Virus record (IMG/VR): IMGVR_UViG_3300008629_000003
Span: 1 to 64,000 of that record
Reading direction: 5' to 3' (one strand)
Length of the DNA stretch: 64,000 bases
DNA from: a virus
Positions 8,305 to 15,642 of this stretch are shown here, piece after piece. The notes below the pieces were generated by a model. It had not been told where the DNA came from. It saw only the letters and a list, made by a program, of their open reading frames with translations, and ran no database searches. A program made the position numbers and the translations under genes. Numbering within the stretch: position 1 is the first letter of the stretch; each line of letters opens with the position of its first letter.

Positions 8305-8339
8305 CCGCACCCGCACCCGCTCACACCTTGGAGGTTCAA

Positions 8340-8558
8340 ATGGACAACACCACCGACATCGCCACCCTGAAGAAAATCGTTTCGATGGCCGTAGAGGCGC
8401 GCGGACACGAGGTCCGCTCGATTCGCATCGCCTTCGACGGGGCACTTGTGCAAGCGTTCAGCGTGAAGAGCGTTCCCGGCACGCTCGGCCACCCGGTAGT
8501 CATCGCCGAGCTTCGCGACAACGGCGAGGGACAGTTTGTTTTTTCGGTCGAAGAATAG
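8340..8558 (+). CDS. hypothetical protein
   Basis: ATG after TTGGAGGTTCAA. Confidence 0.75.
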   Translation: MDNTTDIATLKKIVSMAVEARGHEVRSIRIAFDGALVQAFSVKSVPGTLGHPVVIAELRDNGEGQFVFSVEE

Positions 8559-8639
8559 CGCGCCCCGCGCATAGCTCGCCCCGTACGGTTCGGCCGACGG
8601 GGCTTTGGGGGTAGGGGAACCAACCCCCTGGAGGTTCAA
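8556..8639 (+). repeat. hairpin cassette B copy 6
   Basis: CCCCGTACGGTTCGGCCGACGGGG, second hairpin and CTGGAGGTTCAA. Confidence 0.9.
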
Positions 8640-9128
8640 ATGTCCTACATGCAGCGCGCCGCGCTTGAAAACCACAACTACTGGAACGACCCCCGCGTCA
8701 TTCGCAGCCTTCAGCGCAGCGTCTACACGGTAAACGTGGAGGGTGGCTTCGTGGAACTTCGCGAGGGCATAGCAGATCAGATCGAAGACGCGGCCGAAGA
8801 GGGCGAACCGTTGCCGGCTTGGTACGAAGAGCATGGGTCAGAATTGCCCGCGCGCATCTTGCGAAGTCCATGCCAGGGTTGCGGCGGCACGCGGCGAATG
8901 GTCAACCCGTCTATCGATTGTGGGGGATTCGACCCCCAATCTGACCAAGACCTTGAAGACTACATGGGCGGCGTCTACGACGTGACTTGCTCGTACTGCG
9001 ACGGCACGGGAGCGCACTATGAGGTCATCATTCTGAACGCGGAGGCCAGGCGCTTCGTCCGGGAGTGGGAGCAGGAGGAGGCCGACTTTGCCTCCCTGTG
9101 CGCCGCTGAGCGCGCTTTCGGCTGCTAA
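8640..9128 (+). CDS. protein with DnaJ-type CxxCxGxG zinc-finger motifs
   Basis: CQGCGGTR and CSYCDGTG. Confidence 0.8.
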   Translation: MSYMQRAALENHNYWNDPRVIRSLQRSVYTVNVEGGFVELREGIADQIEDAAEEGEPLPAWYEEHGSELPARILRSPCQGCGGTRRMVNPSIDCGGFDPQSDQDLEDYMGGVYDVTCSYCDGTGAHYEVIILNAEARRFVREWEQEEADFASLCAAERAFGC

Positions 9129-9145
9129 TTCGTCACAGCGCCCCT

Positions 9146-9199
9146 CCCCCGTACGGCACGGCCGACGGGGGGTGTGGTGGTGGAACCAAGGAGCAAACC
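9146..9199 (+). repeat. hairpin cassette B copy 7 with ACCAAGGAG RBS
   Basis: CCCCCGTACGGCACGGCCGACGGGGG. Confidence 0.9.
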
Positions 9200-9421
9200 A
9201 TGAACAAGATTCTAACGATTTTCACATTCGCGGAACACACCACATGGCCGGGAGACATTGCGCTGCACGTGGAAAATCCAGACGAGACTCTAGGCGTCGA
9301 ACACCTGATCCACGTGGGAACCCGTGAACAACTGATCGCCGGCGCGCGGCGTTTGGTGGCGTCGGACTCTGCATTCCGGCGCCGCACGGGCCGCGCGCTG
9401 TTGTCCTACCTGGACGCGTAG
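9200..9421 (+). CDS. hypothetical protein
   Basis: ATG after AAGGAG. Confidence 0.75.
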   Translation: MNKILTIFTFAEHTTWPGDIALHVENPDETLGVEHLIHVGTREQLIAGARRLVASDSAFRRRTGRALLSYLDA

Positions 9422-9424
9422 CCC

Positions 9425-9622
9425 ATGCGATTCGCACCGAGACCGCACCGCGGCGACACCACGTTTCACAAGGACGGCACCGTCACCGTTTGGGACGTGT
9501 ACCGGCAAACGTGGCGCCGCGGGTCAAACCCCTGCGACGAACTTCTTGCCAGCCTTGACGAGACCACCCGCACCAAAATCATTCAGCACACAGGACAAGA
9601 CAATGACAAAGCCAACGACTGA
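9425..9622 (+). CDS. hypothetical protein
   Basis: ORF track; tightly packed with neighbours. Confidence 0.65.
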   Translation: MRFAPRPHRGDTTFHKDGTVTVWDVYRQTWRRGSNPCDELLASLDETTRTKIIQHTGQDNDKAND

Positions 9623-10457
9623 ATTTCCGAGCTGTTTTTATTGCTGCCCCACCTGTCCAGGGTGGGGTGTCTTTGAGACCGGCCGGGGAACCACTGAACT
9701 CCAGCGCTGCGACGATTGCGATCTCTACCCGACGGACGAAGACGCGTGGATCGCCGCGCTTCGCGTCGTCAAAGGCGAGACGGCGCCGGGAAAACTGTAC
9801 CCGCCACCCCGGTCCATTCGTATCGCAATCATCGGCGATTTGATGACAGGATTATTTGCCCTCCCGTCTTACGTGGCTGGGGTCCAACGTCTACTCGACG
9901 CCGACCCGTTGGCCGACGGGTCCGACTTGGAGCCGCCCACCGGCCTGACAGACCGTCAGATGCGAAAAATTGAGGCGCTAGGCTGGATCTTTGTCGAGAA
10001 CGACGGCTATGGCACGTATTTGGGGGAACCGGGATCGGACCAATGGGAAATCTTCATCCCCGCCGACGAGTACCACCAAGTCGACGACTACGTACCCGGC
10101 TACAAGCGGGATATTGCCGATTTGACTCCACTTGGGCGCCTGGTGCAGGCCGTTATTTGCAACGCGGCTGAGGGAGGCTCGACTCATTGGGGCTTGATCC
10201 GAAACTATCGCCACCATGTCGATGGCGTCGAGGTGCCCGCGTCTTTTGAGGTGAGAGACATGGAAGACCCTGCGGATCCCTGGAATACCATCACCTCCGA
10301 AAAAATCACGGAGGCTTTGAAGCGGTGCGCGGCAACCGGCCCGCGAGCTTTCCGGTACCGCCAAGCGCTACGCAATCCAGACGACGCAGACTTTGACGCC
10401 GAGGACGCCGACGTCCTTGTGCAGGTCGCGGCGTACGGATCGGTCACCTTCGCATAA
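9603..10457 (+). CDS. hypothetical protein with Cys-rich N-terminus
   Basis: CPTCPGW...RCDDC; ATG after AGGA. Confidence 0.75.
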   Translation: MTKPTTEFPSCFYCCPTCPGWGVFETGRGTTELQRCDDCDLYPTDEDAWIAALRVVKGETAPGKLYPPPRSIRIAIIGDLMTGLFALPSYVAGVQRLLDADPLADGSDLEPPTGLTDRQMRKIEALGWIFVENDGYGTYLGEPGSDQWEIFIPADEYHQVDDYVPGYKRDIADLTPLGRLVQAVICNAAEGGSTHWGLIRNYRHHVDGVEVPASFEVRDMEDPADPWNTITSEKITEALKRCAATGPRAFRYRQALRNPDDADFDAEDADVLVQVAAYGSVTFA

Positions 10458-10465
10458 TGCCCCTT

Positions 10466-10570
10466 ATCCCTTGACAATCTCTTTACATTGTTACCTTTGT
10501 AACTGGGTTTTGGGTGTGCTATAATGTATATAGAACGGGGGGGATGACCCCCCCCGGTCTGGAGGTTCAA
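10466..10570 (+). promoter_or_regulatory. promoter cassette A copy 7
   Basis: TTGACA..TTTACA..TTGTAA-17 bp-TATAAT..CTGGAGGTTCAA. Confidence 0.9.
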
Positions 10571-11044
10571 ATGAAGGCAGTGCAGAAAAAGTGGGCGGGC
10601 GTGTTCTCAACGGCGGCGGCGGGCCTGGACGTAGGCGAGCATCGGCGACTGATTGACCCCGCGGGGTCATTCATGGACCTTTCGGTAGAGAGGCTTGGAC
10701 ATAACCTTTTTTCTTTCAGCCACTACGGACTCCAGAACGGAGACCTCATGGCAGACCCGGACATGGAGTTTTTTCGGCCGGAGCCAGGGACTTCCCCGAA
10801 TGTCTGGCTCCCTATTACGTACCGCAACGACTACATGAGAAAGTTTGACCGGGCGGTAGTCGATTGGCAAAACGGAGAACCGCTGCGATACCACCGGCGC
10901 CTCCAAGCTTCCCTCGCGAAGTTTGCAAACACTTGGGCCGAAAACATCCAATTCCAACAGAGCGACGCGTTGGCCCTGCTGAAGAGCGGAAATTGCTGGA
11001 AGGGGCGCGCTCAGCCCGGCCGCAAGTTGTGGGACTTGGCGTGA
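10571..11044 (+). CDS. DUF1249/DUF6908-like protein
   Basis: SHYGLQNGDLMADPDMEF motif; ...FANTWAENIQFQ. Confidence 0.65.
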   Translation: MKAVQKKWAGVFSTAAAGLDVGEHRRLIDPAGSFMDLSVERLGHNLFSFSHYGLQNGDLMADPDMEFFRPEPGTSPNVWLPITYRNDYMRKFDRAVVDWQNGEPLRYHRRLQASLAKFANTWAENIQFQQSDALALLKSGNCWKGRAQPGRKLWDLA

Positions 11045-11310
11045 GCGCCGCCCACGACGGCAACACCGTGTGGTTTACTCGCGAGGTTGCCAAGTATGCG
11101 GAGGTATACGCGGACGCCTTCAATCGCGCGGCGTATGCGGTGCGGGGATGGGACGGAAAGGTTCCGCCCGAGACCCGGCGCGACGTGGACGAAATGGTGG
11201 AGCACTTCCGCCGATGGTACGCGCGAGCGTTTGAGGCGAACGCGAACCCGGCCCAGGTAGCCAAGGTCATGACATACCGATGGTGGCAACACTTGAGCCG
11301 CCGCCGCTGA
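11041..11310 (+). CDS. hypothetical protein
   Basis: GTGA overlap with the upstream stop. Confidence 0.65.
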   Translation: MSAAHDGNTVWFTREVAKYAEVYADAFNRAAYAVRGWDGKVPPETRRDVDEMVEHFRRWYARAFEANANPAQVAKVMTYRWWQHLSRRR

Positions 11311-11325
11311 TCGCTCTTCCCGCAT

Positions 11326-11391
11326 CCCCCCCCGTACGGTTTGGCCGTCGGGGCTTTGGGGGTAGGGGAATCACCCCCTTTGGAGGTTCAA
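11326..11391 (+). repeat. hairpin cassette B copy 8
   Basis: CCCCGTACGGTTTGGCCGTCGGGG..TTGGAGGTTCAA. Confidence 0.9.
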
Positions 11392-12360
11392 ATGGACTTA
11401 AACAACTTGCCGCGGCGCTGGCGAATGGTGGCCATCGAGGCAGTGCTTGAGCACTGCCTCAAGACGACACATGGGCCGGCAACGCCCACCGAAACACTGT
11501 CAGCGCTGCCCGGCGCGGACGTGGCCGAAGCGGCCTACACGGTGATCAAAAAGCGAGAACAAGAGATCGACAAGTTGACCAGTTTGGTGGAGGTGTACGG
11601 CCAAGACGCCGAAATGGCCACGCGACGGTGGATCGTGGCTGTCGATCAGGTGTTGGACAACTCGGTAGCCTGGGAGGACTTTGGAGGAGGCGCCCGGGTC
11701 GGTTGGATCGCTGTTACGGCTGCTGACGCCGCCCCGCGGTGGCGGCACGTTATGAACGCGATCGGTGTGGAGGAAGGCGACGCGCGGGATCTAGCGCGTG
11801 AGTTTTACAGCGTCCAAGGCGACTACGACGAGGAGGAGTTGGTGGTCGTGATTCCCGGGATCGCGCGGCCCTTGAAGCCGGCGGAGAACGACCCGGGACA
11901 ACGCGGGAGCCTCTTGTGGGATCACACGCTTAACTCCATGAAAAAGGCGGTGCAATATCACCTCCGCGAAATCTCCAACACCAACGGGGTTTCGTGTCGA
12001 TTCGACAACCTGGATAACCCGATATCCAACGACGCCGCCCTGGCGCAGTCGCTAATCACGCATTGGATTGAATGGTGGGACTATAACCAAAAGGGGTGGC
12101 GGTACACCTACCTCTTTCTGAAGACCGACGCCGAGGCCCGATCGATCGTGTCGTCGTTTTCGGTCGCCGATTATTCGGACTGCCACCACATTGCCGAGGT
12201 GAAGGTGGTTTCGGGACGTTTCGGCACCTACTACCGCACGGGAGCCGCCGACACGCCCAAAGTTGTCAAACACCTACGTCCCCTCGACGAACATATCAGC
12301 CTTTTGGCAATCGACGGGACGCACATTGTGACATTGTCCTACTATGGGCCTGGCCAATGA
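11392..12360 (+). CDS. hypothetical protein
   Basis: ATG after RBS; long ORF. Confidence 0.8.
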   Translation: MDLNNLPRRWRMVAIEAVLEHCLKTTHGPATPTETLSALPGADVAEAAYTVIKKREQEIDKLTSLVEVYGQDAEMATRRWIVAVDQVLDNSVAWEDFGGGARVGWIAVTAADAAPRWRHVMNAIGVEEGDARDLAREFYSVQGDYDEEELVVVIPGIARPLKPAENDPGQRGSLLWDHTLNSMKKAVQYHLREISNTNGVSCRFDNLDNPISNDAALAQSLITHWIEWWDYNQKGWRYTYLFLKTDAEARSIVSSFSVADYSDCHHIAEVKVVSGRFGTYYRTGAADTPKVVKHLRPLDEHISLLAIDGTHIVTLSYYGPGQ

Positions 12361-12791
12361 GCCGCACGTGTGGCGACTGCACGCGATGCTGCACCATGCT
12401 GTCAGTGCATGGGGACGGGTGGTACAAGCCGCCCGGGGTGCCTTGCGCTTCACAGGCCGACGGTGGGTGCAGCATCTACGCACAGCGGCCGGCAGCGTGC
12501 CACGCTTACCGTTGCATGTGGCTGGGCGGGTTCGGCACCCTTGACGACCGCCCCGACCGCGGACGGGCAATTTTTGAGCTCCAGAAGACGCATCTCAGCA
12601 CAAAGCCCACCGTCCTGATTCGTATGCACCGCGCAACGCTAGAGCAGATCGAGCGCGTGATGGCGCTGGCAAAGGTCGCAGGACGCAAGCGGCTGGTCAT
12701 TCTCATGACCGACAACGCCCGGCAAATCGTGGGCGGCCCCCCGAAAGTCGTAAAACAAGCCCGCAAAAAATTGGCCAGCGTCAACGAGTAG
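12357..12791 (+). CDS. YkgJ-like CxxCxxCC cysteine-cluster protein
   Basis: CGDCTRCC...C...GCSIYAQRPAAC..YRC. Confidence 0.85.
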   Translation: MSRTCGDCTRCCTMLSVHGDGWYKPPGVPCASQADGGCSIYAQRPAACHAYRCMWLGGFGTLDDRPDRGRAIFELQKTHLSTKPTVLIRMHRATLEQIERVMALAKVAGRKRLVILMTDNARQIVGGPPKVVKQARKKLASVNE

Positions 12792-12815
12792 CGCGGCGGC
12801 GCGCTCCTCACCTCA

Positions 12816-12869
12816 CCCCCGTACGGCACGGCCGACGGGGGCTTTTGGGTGTCACCAAGGAGAAACGAC
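12816..12869 (+). repeat. hairpin cassette B copy 9 with ACCAAGGAG RBS
   Basis: CCCCCGTACGGCACGGCCGACGGGGG. Confidence 0.9.
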
Positions 12870-13286
12870 ATGACCACCAAACCATCCACCGACCGTTATT
12901 TCGCTTTACGCGCTTTGATCACTGAGGCCAAAAACAATTGGGAGGACGCTTGCGCTGAACTGCATTTAGACTGTCTAGACAGCGCGGTAGACGACTTGTT
13001 GAACTTTGAAAACATCGCTAATCGCGTGCGATACATCGCAGCGATTTCCGATCTCGACCCTCACGATTATACGGACGCGGCCGACGCGCTTTATCTTGTG
13101 GTCGACGAATCCAACGACGCATTACAAGAGATCGCCGACGCAACCGAAGATCAGCCGACGGCGGAAAGGATCACGGCCGTTTTGGAAATCATGGAAAACG
13201 AAATCCTGCCCAACCTGGAGCAAGCGTTCGTCGACTTCGAACAAACGTGGGACGACACGTTGGCACTGGCCCAAAACCCAGGTTAA
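12870..13286 (+). CDS. acidic helical hypothetical protein
   Basis: ATG after AAGGAG; D/E-rich; stop lies in the cassette A inverted arm. Confidence 0.8.
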   Translation: MTTKPSTDRYFALRALITEAKNNWEDACAELHLDCLDSAVDDLLNFENIANRVRYIAAISDLDPHDYTDAADALYLVVDESNDALQEIADATEDQPTAERITAVLEIMENEILPNLEQAFVDFEQTWDDTLALAQNPG

Positions 13287-13399
13287 ACCCGCCGAATCCC
13301 TTGACAAACTCTTTACATTGTTACCTTTGTAACTGGGTTTTGGGTGTGCTATAATGTATACAGATGGGGGGGATGAACCCCTCCACTCTGGAGGTTCCA
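13270..13399 (+). promoter_or_regulatory. promoter cassette A copy 8
   Basis: TTGTAA-17 bp-TATAAT; upstream inverted arm CCCAAAACCCAGGTTA. Confidence 0.9.
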
Positions 13400-13675
13400 A
13401 TGAAACTCAGACTCACACGGACGACCGCACGCAGCATCATTTTAATGGGCTTGGACCACAGTGAGAAAGCGTTTGTACCAGGCCGAGACGCCAAAACCCG
13501 CACCGAGGCCCGCGCGTACATGCGCGCGGCATACGACGCGGCCGTGTCGTCGCTGGCTAGGATGTACGAAATCTCGCCGCGCGAGGTCCGCAAAATTACC
13601 GGCGCCATGCTGCGGAGCGCACAAGACGATTTCATCGCCTACGTGGGCGCCGAGCTCGACGGGGGTGCCCGATGA
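13400..13675 (+). CDS. hypothetical protein
   Basis: ATG after CTGGAGGTTCCA. Confidence 0.8.
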   Translation: MKLRLTRTTARSIILMGLDHSEKAFVPGRDAKTRTEARAYMRAAYDAAVSSLARMYEISPREVRKITGAMLRSAQDDFIAYVGAELDGGAR

Positions 13676-14595
13676 ACCGGATCGAATTGATGATCGAGGC
13701 CGCCGTTCGACGGTCATTTGGCGAATTCTTCAAGGCAGAGAGAAACCATCGGGTTGAGTCTGCAATCTCCTGGGCCATCGACGAGGCGTCACACATGGCG
13801 CTCGACCACTTCGACCCCGACGTCGTCATGGACGTTTTGGAATTCTACAGCGACTTTGAGATGTCATCTGGGGAGCTCGTAGAGTACATCGAAGACAACA
13901 GCACGGGCCCGGGTGATACGACTGCCCTGTGCACCGTTGCACGCTCGATGGTCTACCACGTCCTGGCTTACCAGATTACCAAGCGCGTTCGATTTTTGGC
14001 GACGGAGTACGAGAAGATCGAAGCTGCGGCGACACATTGGCACTACTACCGCAACCGTACAGTCGAGCGTCGCGAAAGCTGCCCAACGGCATGGGATACA
14101 CTCGTCCACAACGCCCACACCGACGCGGCAATCACCAACACGACCAAGCCGGTTTGGTCCATCCCACGCAGTCACGATGCGCTGGTGTTCTTTTTGGCCG
14201 GTACGGCTCTTCGATCGGATACCGCAGACATCTCGCCAACATCCAGTCCTATGGATTGTGCGAACAAGGCGGTGGAGAATCTTTTGCCAAGCTTGACGCA
14301 GGCGGAAGCTGCGCACATCTTGGAAAAAACAGAGCACCTACCAGAGGCCGCGGCGGCCTTCGCAAAGAGCGCCACGTCGGATGGAGCCTATGGCAATCCA
14401 CGAGCTGGACGCGCGGTGGGACTCTTGGCCCGCTTTGCCCTATTCGAGGATGTTTTTGATTATGTGCGGTTGGCACAGGAATTGGCCAAGGACGAACCCA
14501 TTACGTTCGGACATCTCGACGCCGATGGCAAGCTGATCAACTTTGGACCACAGACTCGCGTTCATAACGTGCCTGTTGTCCTTGTGGACGTGTAG
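13672..14595 (+). CDS. hypothetical protein
   Basis: ATGA overlap; 307 aa ORF. Confidence 0.8.
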   Translation: MNRIELMIEAAVRRSFGEFFKAERNHRVESAISWAIDEASHMALDHFDPDVVMDVLEFYSDFEMSSGELVEYIEDNSTGPGDTTALCTVARSMVYHVLAYQITKRVRFLATEYEKIEAAATHWHYYRNRTVERRESCPTAWDTLVHNAHTDAAITNTTKPVWSIPRSHDALVFFLAGTALRSDTADISPTSSPMDCANKAVENLLPSLTQAEAAHILEKTEHLPEAAAAFAKSATSDGAYGNPRAGRAVGLLARFALFEDVFDYVRLAQELAKDEPITFGHLDADGKLINFGPQTRVHNVPVVLVDV

Positions 14596-14604
14596 GACCG
14601 CGAT

Positions 14605-14634
14605 GGCCCCCGTACGGCGCGGCCGTCGGGGGCC
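14605..14634 (+). repeat. hairpin cassette B copy 10
   Basis: GGCCCCCGTACGGCGCGGCCGTCGGGGGCC. Confidence 0.9.
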
Positions 14635-14661
14635 TTAACCATCCCACCCCCCCGAGGTGAT

Positions 14662-14850
14662 ATGAGTAAAGTCATGCGAGGCCGTTCCAAGGCCGGCAAA
14701 AAACTATTGTCCATCTGGCTTAGTCCAGAAGAGATCGAAACACTGGACGAGTTAGCACTCCAAAATTTGCGAAGTCGTTCCTCTCAAGCCGCTTGGATCA
14801 TTTTGCAAGCACTGTCCGCGGCAGCCACCGCGGCCGATAACAAAACTTGA
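14662..14850 (+). CDS. ribbon-helix-helix (CopG/Arc-like) DNA-binding protein
   Basis: 62 aa; LLSIWLS strand, EEIETLDELA helix, RSRSSQAAWII helix; GAGGTG RBS. Confidence 0.8.
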   Translation: MSKVMRGRSKAGKKLLSIWLSPEEIETLDELALQNLRSRSSQAAWIILQALSAAATAADNKT

Positions 14851-14858
14851 CTTCGGGT

Positions 14859-14907
14859 GAGCTCGGACGGGCGATGGGTTGAACCTCCAGCAAGCCCGGC
14901 CGAGCTC
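14859..14907 (+). ncRNA. candidate anti-RBS hairpin sRNA
   Basis: stem GAGCTCGG/CCGAGCTC plus CGGGC/GCCCG; the loop holds TTGAACCTCCAG, the reverse complement of CTGGAGGTTCAA. Confidence 0.5.
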
Positions 14908-14924
14908 TCCCCTTTGGGAGGACT

Positions 14925-15410
14925 ATGCGAGTGTTGACCATTGAAGGGCGCGTCGTCGTACCCGTAAAAAACGACAACGGATACCGGTTCAGTTTTGTGG
15001 ACATACAACAAGTAGCGCCCGGCCGATTGGCCGATCTAGCCGAGCGGACGACTTCTCCTTTCGAGATTGCGCAAGCGCTAGGCAACGAAGACCTCGCCCC
15101 CGTTATCTTGCAAGACGTGGCCTGGCTCCAACCCCTTCCCGTCGGGACGAAAGTTAGAGTCTGCCAAACTGGTGAGCTTGTCACCTACGTTTACGATCGA
15201 GACTGGTATGCGGCCGACGTGAGCTCATGGGCTGCTGAAAAACGCGCCGAGGGTTTGGCTCCCCTGATCATCCGTATGCCCAAGACAGGGTGGAAAGCGG
15301 TAGCCATTGGGGCGAACATTCCGCCGCCACCGGTGGACTACTCCGTTCTGCTTGATGTGGTGCGAGGCTACGACGGAATGAAATCGGCCCGGGAGGTTAT
15401 GCTGTTGTGA
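14925..15410 (+). CDS. hypothetical protein, last rightward gene
   Basis: GGGAGG RBS; ORF track. Confidence 0.8.
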   Translation: MRVLTIEGRVVVPVKNDNGYRFSFVDIQQVAPGRLADLAERTTSPFEIAQALGNEDLAPVILQDVAWLQPLPVGTKVRVCQTGELVTYVYDRDWYAADVSSWAAEKRAEGLAPLIIRMPKTGWKAVAIGANIPPPPVDYSVLLDVVRGYDGMKSAREVMLL

Positions 15411-15634
15411 TATTTGACCGGCTGTGCGGGCATTTCACACGCCAGCGGCTCCCCGGGAGCGCCACACGCCGGGCACTCCAGCGGCCCGTCGTAGACGTTC
15501 GGGCAATCCATGCACGCGCGACGCGGGATCGGCTGCTTGCGCCTTTCCTCAAGAACCGCGCGCATTTTGGCGGCATTATCCCCGCCAAGCTCGGTCAACA
15601 CAAGCATAGCCATAGCCGAAACTAATTGATTCAC
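15368..15634 (-). CDS. small zinc-ribbon protein
   Basis: GTG start just after the tail protein stop; CMDC...CPACG. Confidence 0.55.
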   Translation of the reverse strand: MNQLVSAMAMLVLTELGGDNAAKMRAVLEERRKQPIPRRACMDCPNVYDGPLECPACGAPGEPLACEMPAQPVKYHNSITSRADFIPS

Positions 15635-15642
15635 GGTGCCCC

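Noticed and set aside
683-13399. Cassettes as integron attC sites (GTTAAAC and GTTGAAC fit GTTRRRY)
   Set aside because: There is no RYYYAAC...GTTRRRY arrangement, the genes have their own promoters, and no integrase is present in the window
201-14634. Repeats A and B as a CRISPR array
   Set aside because: They are separated by whole genes of variable length, contain promoter and RBS elements, and no cas genes are visible
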